From: the human T2T-CHM13v2.0 reference genome, Homo sapiens
DNA: 64,000 nt
Direction: 5' to 3' (one strand)
Assembly (NCBI RefSeq): GCF_009914755.1
Contig: NC_060942.1
A program made the translations under genes and the position numbers. Of the stretch, positions 1 to 17,831 are shown in pieces. The notes below the pieces were generated by a model. The model worked only from the letters and a program-made list of their open reading frames with translations. It was not told the origin of the DNA and ran no database searches. Position 1 is the stretch's first letter; every line of letters begins with the position of its first letter.

Positions 1-379
1 CCCACCCCAACCCCTACACAATCACCAAATCACCCACTTCATAGTCTTGAAGAGTCCAAATTAAAAGACTACTGGAAATTATATCTCTGCATTTAACCTT
101 AAATAATACTGGCCAAGGGGGGAAGAACAGATTACTGAAATTCTGAGTAAGCATCTAAATTCAACACTAGATGTCTCTATCCTGATATTTTGAATTATAT
201 GTAAAACCTTTTTTTTCTGTTTTATATTCTTCCTAAAAAAAAATAGTAATAAATGCCAGATATTTCACCCTAGATTATCATTAGCCAGATGACTTTTTTT
301 TGGAACGCTTCTCCTTGCCATTCGTCTAGTCTCTGAGAACATAAAGTCTGAATCACTGCAACCATGTAATGTTTTGGAG

Positions 380-514
380 CAAGGGTTCTCAATCTTGGTT
401 ACACATTAAAATAACTTGGCAAACTTTTAGGAAATACTGTGCCTGATTCTCCCCCAAAGATCGGATTTAAATGGTAGATGGTAGAGTCTGGACAGAAATA
501 TTTGTTTAAAGTTC
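380..514. mobile_element. MER5-like hAT DNA transposon, left part (continues at 5919-5960)
   Basis: caagggttctcaatcttgg...cacattaaaataactt resembles the MER5 terminus; the other end gatgtgaagcaaagattgaaacc follows the LTR. Confidence 0.6.
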
Positions 515-1454
515 TGTAAACCAAAATTAAATTTCTAAGACCCCTCTCCCACCCCCAACTATCTGAATGTGATACGGCTCCGTTGTCTGGAGAAACATCC
601 AGGGTCCTTTGTCTCTCACCAAGAAAATTAGTGACATGGACACACATGGAGTGGTTTCAAGAAGTGGAAAGTTTAATAGGCAAGAAAGAAGAAAACTGCT
701 CCCCTGTACAGAGGGAGGGGGGCTCCGAACGGAAAAACCCCACGTGCAGCGGAAAGCAGTCAGTTATATTGGGAGGCTGGAGGAGGCAGTGTCTGATTTG
801 CATAGGGCCCAGGGGATTGGTTTGACCAGGTGTGTCATTCAGGTAGCCCGTGAAAAAACTGGCCCTGCCACCCTAGCCTTTCATATGCAAATGCGGTTTG
901 CCATGATGTCCTGCACACGTGGCTTTATCTGGAGGTTGCCATGACACCTGGCACACATGGTGACAAGATAAAGAGGGCAGGAGACACCATGTTGAATGTA
1001 CCTGGCTTCTAGCCGCCAGCATTTGCATATCAGTGTTTGCTAGTCTGGTTTTTTAAGTCGCTTTCTGTTAGAAAAAAAATGCTTTTGGGGTTGCTTTTCA
1101 TTAAAGGAAAATTCCACTGAGAACTTTCACCCTTTCTGGCTGCCTAAAAATTATTTCTAAATAACTCCCATACTATTTCCACCATCTGGGGAAGTAAATC
1201 TAACTGCTGTTAGGGGGTGTTGGATGACAATTCTTTCTGGCTACTTCCTGCTGAAAAAGGGGCATCCTGTGAGGGACAGCAGTTGGGCCTCCTCCTGAGG
1301 TTGATGTAAGGGTTCTCAGAAGAATGGCGTGTCCATGTGAGGTTCTGTCTGCAACACCATTTGGAGTTTGATTGCTTCTAGATGAAAAGAGATGCATTTT
1401 ATAAGAAGGTTTAAAATGTAGAGTTAGAACATGAATATTAAGATTACCACTGTT

Positions 1455-1754
1455 GGCTGGATGCAGTGGCTCACACCTGTAATCCCGGCACTTTGGGAGG
1501 CCAAGGCGGGCAGATCACCTGAGGTCAGGAGTTCGAGACCACCCTGGCCAACATGGAGAAACCCTGTCTCTACCAAAAATACAAAAAAAAAAAAAAAAAA
1601 AAATTAGCCGGGCATGGTGGTATGCACCTGAAGTCCCAGCTACTCAGGAGAATTGCTTGATCCCAGGAGGCAGAGGCAGTGAGCTGAGATCATGCAACTG
1701 CACTCCAACCTGGGTGACAGGACAAGAATCTGTCTCAAAACAAAAACAAAAACA
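1455..1754 (+). mobile_element. AluS inside ERV
   Basis: Alu dimer; TSD agat(t/g)accactgtt. Confidence 0.93.
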
Positions 1755-2154
1755 AGATGACCACTGTTAGTGGAAGTCTTATAGACCCTAACTATGACAG
1801 TAGAGTTTGATACCTGTTACACCAATGGGTTGTAATACTGGCTTGCCTCCACTAGATGGCGCTGTACATTACCAGAAACATTAATATAAAAGTAACATTT
1901 TCCTTGAGAAAAGCATACATTTCCCCCTTGACTTGCCAGTAGAGAACAATTTTAGGCTTAGACCATTTTGTAACTTGCAATATGATTGGGAGAAATACGT
2001 TATTGGGTGGCTACGATAACTTTAGTGTTAATCTTGATAATTCCTTTCCTTTAATTACTAAACTCTTTCATGACTGAATTTCACAGACCCTCTTACAACA
2101 TACTCAAACTTTCTGACCTGTTCTAAACACCCTTCCTTTAAACAACCAGTTATT

Positions 2155-2600
2155 TTCAGCTGCAGTGAGGGTCTGACTTAGGAGCAACATAACACCCCTC
2201 CATGTGAGGTCAAATACCTGAGTTAAATTTTGGAAAGTTTCTATATACCTATCAGGGTCTTTAGAAAATCAGCCTAAGTCTCCCTTTATTTGCCTAAGGT
2301 CCTGTAATAAGAAGGGAACTTGAAGGGGCCCCAAATAAGGGAGATCCTCAGATGATTCCCCTGGAAGTTGCTTCTCTAATTTGGGGGAATTAATCTCTTT
2401 GGGCCTGCCCAATATGACTGCTAAAAGAGCTGGGTTGATCTTACAACACTTGTAAAGGTTTAGTAAAAATGTCATTCTCTTGTGCAAAAAAAAAAAAAAA
2501 AGCCACTTTTCTCTTCAAAGTTCTGAGGTTAAAGAAGTTCCAGTGTTTCAGAGTGCACTCCAGAGGGGTGCAAGATGAAGATAATCTGTTACCCATCTAG
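2155..2600 (-). pseudogene. Defective ERV gag (capsid N-terminal) remnant
   Basis: Translates ...LQDLRQIKGDLG*FSKDPDRYIETFQNLTQVFDLTWRGVMLLLSQTLTAAE, like HERV-W/ERV9-type capsid; in-frame TGA. Confidence 0.8.
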
Positions 2601-3319
2601 AAAAAGAAGTGAGAGAAGGCATCCCTGTAGTCTCCTTCCTTTCTGTAAGTGACCCAGGGTGGAGAAGAAGACAGTGGGAGCATCCCCTCAACTATTTTCC
2701 CTCCCTGGTTCCTGGGTCCCGGCACCCTTTTAAATGTGCTGCCCATGGTTGTAGGCATGACCCTCCAAGCCATGGCACCAGAGAAACTAAGCTTTGGGGG
2801 CTAGTCATGCTCACCCTGGTAGCTCTAGTCCTCTGCTTACGATTTCCCTTTGACTTTCTAGACTTGTGTGACCTGCGTGCCTCCCTAAAAAAAATGCATC
2901 TTGGGAAAGGCAAGGCCCCTCTAATGGAGGGAATGTGGTAGATTGCCTGCTATTATGGCCTGTGCTAAAGCATTTACCCTGAGAAAAATGGTTCCAGTTA
3001 ACTTCTGGACTTAAAATCCCTTTACTAATTAAGTACTGTCTTAATCAGAGACAGAGTAGTTGCCTTAAGGGGCCATGGGGACCTAATGGGGATTTCCCTG
3101 CTGATGGGACAGTACTGGGACCACAATTTGGCTGCGGAGGACATATTACTCCTAATTGTTGAAGGCAGAATTTTCTCATTCACAGGAGCAGCATGAAGCC
3201 TGGTTTCCAGTAGAAAGGGGCAAAAAGGAAAAATTGGGAAGCTGCAGTGTACCACAGAGGACCAGCAATGTGTCTTATAAAGAGGATCTCTATTTCCACT
3301 ATGTAACACTGTTGGCTTA

Positions 3320-3732
<413 letters not shown>

Positions 3733-3860
3733 TTAGTGAGTGACCTCACTGTGGGGGAAGGGGAGACCTCTGTTCCTAGATTACAACAGCATTTCCCTGA
3801 GCTATATCCATGGTTATTATAGCATTTCCTGATTTTGCCTAACGGATTACTTCTTCCCTA

Positions 3861-4372
<512 letters not shown>

Positions 4373-4676
4373 TTATTTCAGAACCTTTCCTGGCCTCGCA
4401 CAATGGCAAAGTTTCCCTATGAATAAAAACTGGTTTGAAGGATGGCCAACATTCCCAATAACCTATGGGTATTGGGGGGTTCTCCATGTCCTCCCCAGCA
4501 AGTCTGACATTCTTTAAGTCTTATAAGAATGTCAGCCACAATAAGGATATCTAGACAGCTGACAGATGCCCATTAATTGATCTGATTTAAAAATAGAGGC
4601 CAAGAGCCTCGGAATGATGGGATCGATTTTGAGTTTGCTCCTCTACTCACCGCTCCAATGAATGTTGTACCTTGGA

Positions 4677-4694
4677 TTCCCAGCCAATGCACCA
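4677..4694 (-). promoter_or_regulatory. Primer-binding site complementary to the tRNA-Gly 3' end
   Basis: Plus strand ttcccagccaatgcacca vs tRNA-Gly 3' end TTCCCGGCCAATGCACCA (17/18), 3 nt from the LTR. Confidence 0.85.
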
Positions 4695-6029
4695 ACATGA
4701 CATGGCTCCATTGTCTGGAGAAACACCCAGGGTCCTTGGTCTTGCACCAAGAAAATTAGTGACACAGACACAGGTGGAGTGGATTTAAGGAGCAGAAAGT
4801 GTAATAGGCAAAAAAGAAGAAAACAGCTCCCCTGTACAGAGGGAAGGGGGGCCTCTGAATGGAAAAAAAACCCACGTGCAGCAAAAAGCAGTTGGTTATA
4901 TTGGGAGGCTGGAGGAGACAGTGTCTGATTTGCACAGGGCCCAGGGGATTGGTTTGACCAGGTGTGTCATTCATGTAGCCAGCGAAAAAACTGGCCCTCC
5001 CGTCCCAGCCTTTTAATATGGATATGTGCGTCGCCATGATGTCCTGCACATGTGCTTTATCTGGAGGCTGCCGTGACACCTGGCACACATGGTGACAAGG
5101 AAAAGAGGGCGGGAGACACTATATTGAACGTACCCGCCTTCCAGCCACCAGCATGTGCATATCAATGCTTGCCGGTTTGGTTTTTCAAGCCACTTTCTGT
5201 TAGAAAAGAAATGTTTTGGGGGTTGCTTTTCATTAAAAGAAAACTCTACTGAAAACTTTCACCCTTTCTAGCTGCCTAAATATGATTTCTTAATAACTCC
5301 TGTATTAGACGGACCCCTCCTCTCTGCCAAGGATATTCCAAAGTTAACCTGCAGTACTAGTTTAGACCATGATGAGAAGGGGGTAGTCAGACATGCCTCG
5401 TTATACGCTCTTCCCTTTTGGAATTCAAGAAAAGCTGACCAGCATTAACATCAACACAGACCTTAAGTCTGATAAGAAACATTTACAATTTATTCGCCCT
5501 GGAGCCTGCTACCAGAGGCTTCATCTGCATGATAAAACTTTGGTCTCCACAAATCCTGATCATCGTAACCTAGACATTCCTTTCTATTGACTCTAGGTTG
5601 TTAGAAAATAATGAACTCTTTCAAACAATCACCAACCAGAAAATTTTTAAATCTACCTGTAATCTGGAAGCCCCCGACTACCTTGCTTCAAGTGCCGCGC
5701 CTTTCCAGATTGAACCAATGTACATATTACATTGTAATATTACAGGTTATATTGATGTGCATGTCTCTCTAAAAAGTATAAAAGCAAGCTGTACCCCAGC
5801 CACCTTGGGCACATGTCATCGGGACCTCTTGAGGCCTTGTCACGGGCGTATCCTTAACCTCGGCAAAATAAACTTTCTAAGTTGATTGAGACCTGTCTCA
5901 GATACTTTTGAGTTCACAGTTCATTGGGTGGCTCTGATGTGAAGCAAAGATTGAAACCCTCAAAGTTGGTGGTAAACGGCTTCTAAACTTAACTATACAT
6001 TCTAATCACCAATGAGGTCCTCAACAGAC

Positions 6030-7257
<1,228 letters not shown>

Positions 7258-8420
7258 CCTACTCAATCAAAATTTCTGGTACGAAGCCCGAAATCCATAT
7301 TTTTAAATGATCCAACTGAGACATGCCCCGGCATTTAAGAGTCACTAGACTGGTTTCCACTTTAGTCTATCCTCCAAGATCTTTTCAGACGTGCTGTCAT
7401 CACACCTTCTCTTGGATCTCCAATTTAAGTCCCAATCTCTTCGTATCTAGATTATTCTAATGAGTCTGTGTTTTCCCTCCTTCAACTCCTCTTGAACGCT
7501 GCCACAAGATTTGCTCCAAAAATGTGACTTTACTGCAGATATTTTGACAGAGGTTTCATTTTGCCACTGTGCCACATCAAAGGATCCTATCAAAGCATAA
7601 AGTCACTTTTTACAAAACAGTTTAATACTAAGTACAGAAGTTTACCAGGCAGTCCTGCCCCAGTCCCTTTCTAACCTTCAACAAGTTGACTCAGAGTCTT
7701 CTCCCAGCTCTGTCCCTTATTCCTCACTCGGATCCATCACTCCTTCCCTAATTCCATTTGGAGCCACCTCATTCCCCACTCTCACCCCTGACCACCACCC
7801 CAGGGATACAAATCGGCAATCATGTGAGGCTCAGGGATGGGGTAAGGATTGATATTTTGCAGATTATCAGTGACCTAAAAGCCTAACATTAGTGATTTTT
7901 CCCCCTAGATTACACCAATGGCCCCCCTACCACCAGTATCCAAGGTTCAGACTCCACATGTCCGATCAAAGCCACCTGTGGTCCAAGGAATAATTCCAGG
8001 TGAACATTTGCCATTCTTTGAGGGGTAAAGCAAGCCATAGTATGAGGGATGTCTGGTCACAGAAGTAGAAAGGGCCATTTTCAAAAGAGAGAAGCTTGGA
8101 GAGCATGTGAACTCAAGCCAATGACGATGCCAACCATTGCTGCAGAAAGCTGTGTAAGTGACAGCTTAATTCAACTGCTTGCACAGGACTCACTCAGGCT
8201 TCTCAGTGCAGGGAGCCTCACTCTCTGTTCCTGTGGGCCTCACTCTCTGGTCCAGCAAGAGCAGCATCTGGCGCTCCTGAGGTAGCTGCTCCATGTCTCA
8301 GATGCCCTGGCTGCTTGTGTATTGGCCTCAGCTCCTGCGGCAGCCTGATGATTTTGCTGCCTCTGTTTACTTCTCAGACTCACTCCCTACCACAGGCAGA
8401 CTTCCTTTAGGTCATATGGA

Positions 8421-9793
8421 ATGGAAGTAGTGAGAGAAGGCATCCTTGTCTTGTGCTAGTTTTCAAGGGGAATGCTTCCAGCTTTTGCCCATTCAGTACA
8501 ATGTTAGCTGTGGGTTTGTCATAGATGGCTCCTATTATTTTGAAGTATGTTCCTTCATGGCCTAGTTCATTGAGGGATGTTGAATCTTATCAAAAGCGTT
8601 TCTGCATCTATTGAGATAATCATGTGGTTTTTGTCTTTAGTTCTGTTTATGTGATGAATCACATTTATTGATTTGCATATGTTGAACCAAACTTGCATCC
8701 CAGAGATAAAGCCTACTTGATCATGGTGGATTAGCTTTTTGAGGAGCTGCTGGATTTGGTTTGCCAGTATTTGGTTGAGGGTTTTTGCATCTATGTTCAT
8801 CAAGGATAGTGGCCTAAAGTTTTATTTTTGTGTGTCTCTGCCAGGTTTTGGTATCAGGATGATGCTGGCCTCATAAAATGAGTTGAGGGAGGAGTCTATC
8901 CTCAATGTTTGGGAATAGTTTCAGTAGGAATGGTACCAGCTCTTCTTTGTACATCTGGTAGAATTTGGCTGTGAATCCATCTGGTCCTGGGGTTTTTTTG
9001 GTTGGTAGGTTATTTCTTACTGATTCAATTTCAGAGCTTGTTATTGGTCTGCTCAGGGATTCAATTTTTTCCTGATTTAGTCTTGGAAGCATGTATGTGT
9101 CCAGGAATTTATCTGTTTCTTCTAGATTTTCTAGTTTGTGTTCATAAGGGTGTTCATAGTAGATGCTGATGGTTATTTGTATTTCTGTGGGGTCAGTAGT
9201 AACATCCCTTTGTCATTTCTAAGTATGTTTATTTGGATCTTCTCTCTTTCCCTTATTAGTCTAGCTACTGGTCTATCTTACTATTTTTTTCAAGTATCCA
9301 ACTCCTGGATTTGTTGATCTTCTGTACGGTTTGTTGTGTTTCACTCTCCTTCAGTTCTGCTCTGATTTTCGTTATTTCTTGCTTTCTGCTAGCTTTGGGG
9401 TTGGTTTGCTCTAGCTTCTTTAGTTCTTCTAGCTGTGATGTTAAGTTGTTAATTTGAGATCTTTTTAACTTTTTGATATGGGTGTTTAGTGCTACAAATT
9501 TCTCTCTTAACAATGCCTTAGCAGTGTCCTAGAGATTCTGATATTGTACCTTTGTTCTCATTCGTTTCAAAGAACTTCTTGATTTCTGCCTTAATTTCAT
9601 TATTTACCCAAAAGCTATTGAGGACCTTTTTTTTTTAATTTTCCTGTAATTGTATGGTTTTGAGCAATTTTCTTTGTATTGAATTCTATTTTTATTGTGC
9701 TGTGGTCTGAGAGTGTGGTTGGTATGATTTCAGGTTTTTTTTTTTTAATTTGCTAAGGATTGTTTTATGTCCAATTGTGTGGTTGGTTTTAGA
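8421..9793 (-). mobile_element. L1 ORF2 fragment (EN-linker-RT), disrupted
   Basis: ORF track peptides [33 protein letters not shown]...HHDQVGFI are L1 ORF2. Confidence 0.95.
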
Positions 9794-10600
<807 letters not shown>

Positions 10601-12394
10601 AGGAAAAAGGCAGGTTATATTATCTCACTCCCTGAGGTAGTGGTCCTCTCTGCCTCTCCTTCACGCATTTCGTTTACAACATAGAACTTTCCAAATTTGC
10701 ATGATTCTTGTATTTTCTCTCTGTAATGCCACCTATTCCTCTCATTTCCCTCTACAGATCCTTCACATCACGTAACTTCTCATTAATGCTTTTCCAATCT
10801 GTATTCTCACCCAAATTGCTTCACTACTTCCTCTTGGGAGAGTAATCTGCGTAAGAATAAAATAGATGTAATCTAGTAGTCTTTCTTCTGCTGATGAGGG
10901 TTGTATGATTGAAGCACATTTTATCATTCTAACATAATAGGAGGAAGAGTCATCATCTGCTGACATGACACAAAGTCTGTCAGCAAGGGATTAAGAAGAG
11001 CGAACAGTCTGTTCTGTTATAATTAAAGCATACTGTAGAGCATTTCATACCATAGTTTAATGTTGCAAATACAGCATAAATTCTGTGAGCACAGGCAGTA
11101 AGATAAGCATATTTTTATCTAAAGTACATTAATGCTATTTCCCAAGTAATTTTCAAGGGTTATAAAACTTGAAATTATCAGGCAGATTGACTGCAGCATA
11201 TAAGTCATTAAGAAATTTCTTCATTATAAGTGAAGTTCATTATTAGATCCCACAATAATTGCTCTATGACAGTCTATAATTAAGTAGCACATGGAATGAT
11301 GATAATACAGAGTCAGTATATTAGATGTAAATTGTCATGCACACTACAATTCCCCACCATAACAACTTAAAATGACATGCAATTGAAAACAAACTGCAAG
11401 TAGGTTGAAAACTACAATGATCCTTAATGATGTTCACTTCTTAATAAACTTTGAGAAAAAAGAATGAAATGAAACATCTTCCAAGAGCATCTTCCATTGC
11501 TCTTACCTAGTACAGAGTAGTCACTAAATAATTATTTCTCACATAATGTCTTGAGCCTCATGTTAGCTAGCCTTACCATCATTTCATTCTCCCTAGAATA
11601 GTATTACGAGCCTCTTCTCTTTCTGGAGCTGAAACTAACTCTTCAAGTACCAACAGATTACCTAATTTTTTCCTAGTTAACTCCCCTTTTTAGACATTGA
11701 GTAATCATAGGTAAACTGTCTTTTCAGTTCTGCCTGTAATTATAGAGCTTTAGGCAAGTTTTCTGGTTTTCATATATTAAACAAGAGGGTTCAACTGGAA
11801 GGTCATAACTCTAAAGCTTTAATGTGCTACACCTTACATTATTTTGATACATATCAGGAGGTACCATGCACATCTACCTTTCTTAGTCCTCTCTTTCTCT
11901 TCCCTTTTCCTCTTACCCTTCACTCTCATGCCCTTTCTTCCCATTTTCCCCTACTCCCAAAATGGATAAAGCTAAATTTTTAACATTCACCAATACAGAC
12001 CCACAGGGGCCCTGAGTTCTTCTGGGCATGAGCTCTGAGAAAGAGACCAGAATTCCTGCTCTGATTCCTAAGATAACTGTTACAAAATCAAGAATTTGCC
12101 CGGGAGTGATGATGACCGTTAATGGGATAATGGTGGGAAGGGTACGAGCTGTAAAGAGGAAGGTGGAAGTTGATAAATGCGAACTTGGGACACAATTTGA
12201 CTGAACTGTAGTGCAGATCCTTAGAAAGCAGGAGAGCACTGGTTACCTCTAGCAGGTTGCCAACGCTTCAGAAAGAACTAGGAGACAAAGCAAAGTTACG
12301 TTATAGAAATTTAATTTAACTAACTTCATGACTTTGCCTACAGCCAGCTGTAATCACATCCATTCATGTCCATGCAAAATTAAGGACATCCCAA

Positions 12395-13635
12395 GACTAT
12401 TATCAAAAAGGTAAGAGATAGCAAGTGTTGGAGAGGACATGGAGTAACAGGAGCCCTTGCACGCCGATGGTGGAAATATTCAATTGGTACAGCCATTATG
12501 GAAAATAGCATGGAGCTTCCTCAAAAATGTAAAAATAGAACTGCCACACGATCCAGCAATTCCACTTCTGGGTGTATATCCAAAGTAAATGAAATCAGTA
12601 TGTCAAAGAGAGATCTTCACTCCCATGTTCACTGAAGCATTATTCACAATAGCCAAGATATGGAATCAACCTAAGTGTCCATCAGCAGATGAATAATGTG
12701 GTATATATACACAATGGAATACTATTCAACCTCAAAAAAGAAGCAAATTCTGTCGTTTGGGACAACATAAGTGACCCTGGAAGACGTTATGATAAGTGAA
12801 ATAGGCCAAGCACAGAAAGGCAAGTTCCGCATGATCTCACTTATATGTAGAATCTAAAAAGCTGAGCTCATAGAAACAAAGAGTAGAATAGTGGCTACTG
12901 AGGCTGAGGTTGAGGGTTTGGGGGAGATGTTGGCTTAAGGACACGAAATTTAAGTTAGACAGGAGGAATAAGTTCAGAAGACTATCATACAACATGGCAA
13001 TTATATGGTTGACTGTTGAACAACTTGCGGGTTGGGGCACCAACCCCACATGCAGTCAAAAATCCATGTATAAATTTTGACTCTTCAAAAACGTAACTAC
13101 TAATATCTCACTGTTGACCAGAAGCCTTGCCCATGACAAAAGGTTGATTAACACATATTTTGTATGTTACATGTGTGATATACTATATTCTTAAATAAAG
13201 TAAGCTAGAGAAAAGAAAATGTTATTAAGAATATTATAAGGAAGAAATGGAAGGGGATCATCATAAAGGTCTGTATCTTCCTCATTTTCATGTTGAGAAG
13301 GCTGAGAAGGAGGAGGAAGAGGAGGGGTTGGTCTTGCTGTCTCAGGGGTGACACAGGCAGAAGAAAATCTGCATGTAAGTGGACCCACACAGTTCGAACC
13401 TGTGTTGTTCAAGGGTGAACTGTAGTAATAACAATGTATTGTGTACTTGGAAATTGCTAAGAGAGAACATAAGTATTCCCACCACAAAAAATGATAAATG
13501 TGAGGTGATGAATATATTAATTAGTTTGATTTAATTATTTCACAATGTATATATCAAAATATCATGTTGCACATCATAAATGTATACAATTTTTATTTGT
13601 AAAGTAAAAAAAGTAAAAATAAATTTTAAAAAAAG
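12395..13635 (+). mobile_element. L1MA/L1MB 3' fragment
   Basis: gatccagcaattccacttctggg...aacctaagtgtccatc; A-rich end near 13630. Confidence 0.85.
13006..13422 (-). mobile_element. Tigger2a (MER28)-like DNA transposon nested in L1
   Basis: TIR-like ends (tggttgactgttgaacaac / gttgttcaagggtgaactg) flanked by TA. Confidence 0.8.
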
Positions 13636-14009
13636 AAGTTAAACACATTCAGCAAGTAATGATATTCTGTAAGATGGGGCTAAGTATTTCTTCGCATTTA
13701 AAAGGAGGATTCTCTGCAAAAAGCAAATGATAAATACAGGCAGTCCTTAAATACACATAATTACCAAAAATATACAATAAATTAGGAAATATTTATTTGC
13801 TCTGTTGAACTCCCTAAACTATCAATATTTAATAAATCAAAGCTAAATTTATTAGAACTTTCTGCCAAGAAAGAATACATCCTTGACAGTCTTGGCAGCA
13901 CCTCACAAGGGGAATCAGAAATAGAATACTTATAGGGCACTGAGGTCTGAGTTCAAGTGTTTTAAAACAGGCCGTTCAAGGAATGTATATATTCTCTCCC
14001 TTGAAAGAC

Positions 14010-14165
14010 CTGTTTTATATATAGAGAAATATATATATATTTCTATAATGTATCAATACAAATTACATGTACAATATATAAAAATTGTTTATATATTATA
14101 CATACAATTACATATTTAATGATACATAAAAATGTTTATATGTAAATATATGTTTACATAGTAGT
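14010..14165. repeat. AT-rich low complexity / degenerate (TA)n
   Basis: Direct inspection. Confidence 0.7.
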
Positions 14166-14418
14166 TTAAGTTGGCAGTCACAGCAAAGCAAGGGTCTTGA
14201 ATAGGTAAACTGTGGCTAAAAAGCAAGGGTTTGCCCAGATAAGCAACGTATTGTCTCCAATAAATTGGTCTGTGAATTTTGGAATTCAATGTATTGTCTC
14301 CAATTAATTGGTCTTGGGATTTCCTGAAGCACAGAGTAAAAGTACTTATTGGTGTGCAACCTTATATTTTCTGAATAGGTGTTGTCGGGAACAAAAAAAG
14401 TCATGTTCACATGGGTAG

Positions 14419-14801
14419 TTTTCTTAGTCCATTTTTTCTTGCTATAACAGAATTCCACAGACTGGGTAAACTATAAAGAAGAGATATTTATTTCTTACAG
14501 TTCTGGAGGCTGGGAAGGCCAGGGTTCAGGGGTTGCATCTGGTGAGGGCCTTCATGCTGATGGCAACTCTCTGCAGAGTCCCAAGGTGGCACAGGCCATC
14601 ATATGGTGAGGAAGTAAGAGTGTGCCAGCTCAGGTCTCTCTTCCTCTTCTTATAAAGCCACCAGCCCCATCATGGATGCTTCTTCCTGATGGCCTTAGCT
14701 AATTCTAATTACCTCCTGGTGTTTCTACCTCTTAATACTGTTACAATGAGGATTAAGTTTACAACACATAAATTTGGGGGGAACATATTCAAACCATAGC
14801 A
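14419..14801 (-). mobile_element. MaLR solo LTR (MLT1A/MST-like)
   Basis: cttagtcc...acagttctggaggctgggaag...attcaaaccatagca. Confidence 0.85.
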
Positions 14802-15924
14802 GTGGCCTATAGTCTTTTATAAGAATCGACATACTTGTAAGGTATTTGCCCTTGTTAGAATTAATGAGTATACAAGGTGAAGAGAAGACATGGAGAATCT
14901 AAGAATGGCTGAATTGTTCCACATAAGAGCAAGCGTGGAGATACTCAAATAAGAAATATGGAAACTGGAGAAAGTAGGAAGAGCTTGGCAAAGTGAGTAC
15001 TGGGGAGAGAAGAGGAGAACTAGTTTGGTGGTATAAAGGAGAATGTACAAAAGAGACAATAAGACAGGAAAGAGAATGGACATGAGAGCATCTGTGAAGA
15101 CTGGAACTGTGGGGAGAGGGAGAGTTATCTAAATATGAGTATTAGGAAGTTTTTGTGGGTGTATGTGCATTGTGCAATATTAATTCCCTGCTTCCAAATC
15201 CTCAAGAACTGTTTGGTAAAAACTTGCATGAAAGTCCAGTTTGTGCTTCTTTTAGATGTGTAACCGTTCAGAAATTGGCTTCCAGGGGAACTGGGACATT
15301 TAGGTTGTTCTTTAAAAACAGGAAAGGTTGCCTGTACATTCCAAGTCATTCTTCAATAAATAACATGTCAACTGGCTGATTCTAAGATTACCCTGAGATG
15401 AAATTTGATGTCTAAAGTTAGAAACTTTGATCATAGTTATCAGTATAACCAGTCAAGAAGAAAAGAGACCTCAAACAGTAGGGGAAATAAAATGGGCAAA
15501 ATAAAGTAAAGTTATTATATCCAGGCAGTGAAAACATTAGAGAAAAACCAAAATAACAGGTCAAAATCAGAAAGGAAGAATTATATGTTTGAAAGGAAAG
15601 AGTAGCCAAAGATTAAAATAGAATCAACATTGTAAATGTCAAGTGGAAGCTATTTCCACACCAAAAAGATATTGGGAGAAATGTGAAAGGTGAAATAAAA
15701 AGGAAAAGAGAACAATGATAATAGTTTTGTGTCTTGAAAGCCCATCTTTAGATGCCATATTAAGTGGCTTACTTGGCATTTTATTTTATTGATAATTAAA
15801 AGCAACCATTTGCAGTAAATATGTTATTTTTCAGGTGAAAGAAAAACCCAAGAGTCACTTGCCTAATGACATATAACTTGTCAGTAACAGAGTTAGAGTT
15901 TGAACACAGGTATATCTCATTCTT

Positions 15925-16228
<304 letters not shown>

Positions 16229-16540
16229 AGGTATATCTCATTCTAAAGCTTATATTCTTCATTATTTGTGGTCTATACTGCTGGTTACTATAGACCACAA
16301 ATCCAGTGTGTTATCTGGTGTGTTATTATAGAAATACATGGGTGAAGTTTACCACCATTAGCTACAGATTCTGATGGGAGAAAAAAATTTCCTTAACGCA
16401 GAATGTCAGATAGCACTATACTGACAGAAGGTTAACTAAGGCTCACGTGAACCCACAATCCTACGCATCAAACCAAAATGTAAAAGTAGTCTGAATAAAC
16501 TCCCATCCCACAACTGCCTGATGTGTGAGAAGAAACCCTT

Positions 16541-16571
<31 letters not shown>

Positions 16572-16605
16572 TTATTTTGGGGGGGGCTTAAAAACAAACT
16601 TTATT
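16541..16605 (-). terminator. Distal AATAAA and retrotransposed poly(A) tail converted to a (TAAA)n microsatellite
   Basis: tttatt at 16600-16605, then a G8 run and (ttta)n abutting the TSD. Confidence 0.8.
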
Positions 16606-17508
16606 ACAAATTATCAAAAAAAAGTGTTAACTCTGAAATATTTAACAGATTTCATTTAAACTCATATGGTCATAAAACTCAAACTATCAAACAAAAATAG
16701 CATTATGCACTTAACCACTTTCAATAATGAACATTTAAGAGGAAACACTTAGAGACTCCCGCACAATTTGGGAGCCATTAGGCAACACATATTTAATATT
16801 AAGCAAATACAGCATTAAAAACTAAAAATCCTCAAATTTCAAGAGATTGCCTGTTCAAGTCTTTGATATGCATTTGCACATGAGAAAAGAAATATTTTAA
16901 TATTTCTTCAAATGTAATCTCCTGTCCACCCTTCATTTCATAACTGCATACCCCTCACTCTATTTCACCTACACTGAACCAGTGTTAGTTCAACATGATT
17001 GGCTTCACTCGAAGCCCTCTATATCCCATTTCATATATCCCATCGACCACCACTATTCCCTTACATGTTTGCACAGCCTTATACTGAGTATTACATTGCA
17101 ACTGAGCTTGGGAATTTCAGGTATCCAAAGGTAATTATATATACGAACGATTGTTTTATTGCACAGTTCACAATATAGCTGGTGATTTATACAGCCAACC
17201 ATCTTAAGATGAATATCGACTATTCAGACACAAACATCAATTTTCTCCTCAACCACTAATGAAACAAGAAAGACACACACATTCGCCACCATATCAAGGT
17301 TGTGTTTACTCTGTGGTGAAGTCCTGAGGGCTCATACCACTCTCAGTGTGTTCAGTACAGAATCCATAACATTTCTGGTGGCATCACACATGAAGTATAA
17401 GACACAAGACCATAAGTGTCCTGCACTCATGAGCCATTTGTGCCACATACGTAACAGAAAGGCCACTTTTAAAGCTTTTCAGATATTCAATCATGTTTGC
17501 CTTTTCAA

Positions 17509-17831
<323 letters not shown>

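Noticed and set aside
4677-4694. tRNA-Gly gene
   Set aside because: Only the 3' 18 nt including CCA match, next to an LTR: this is a primer-binding site.
10620-12390. Repeat-poor stretch as exon or enhancer
   Set aside because: No convincing ORF, splice pattern or motif cluster visible; conservation data would be needed.
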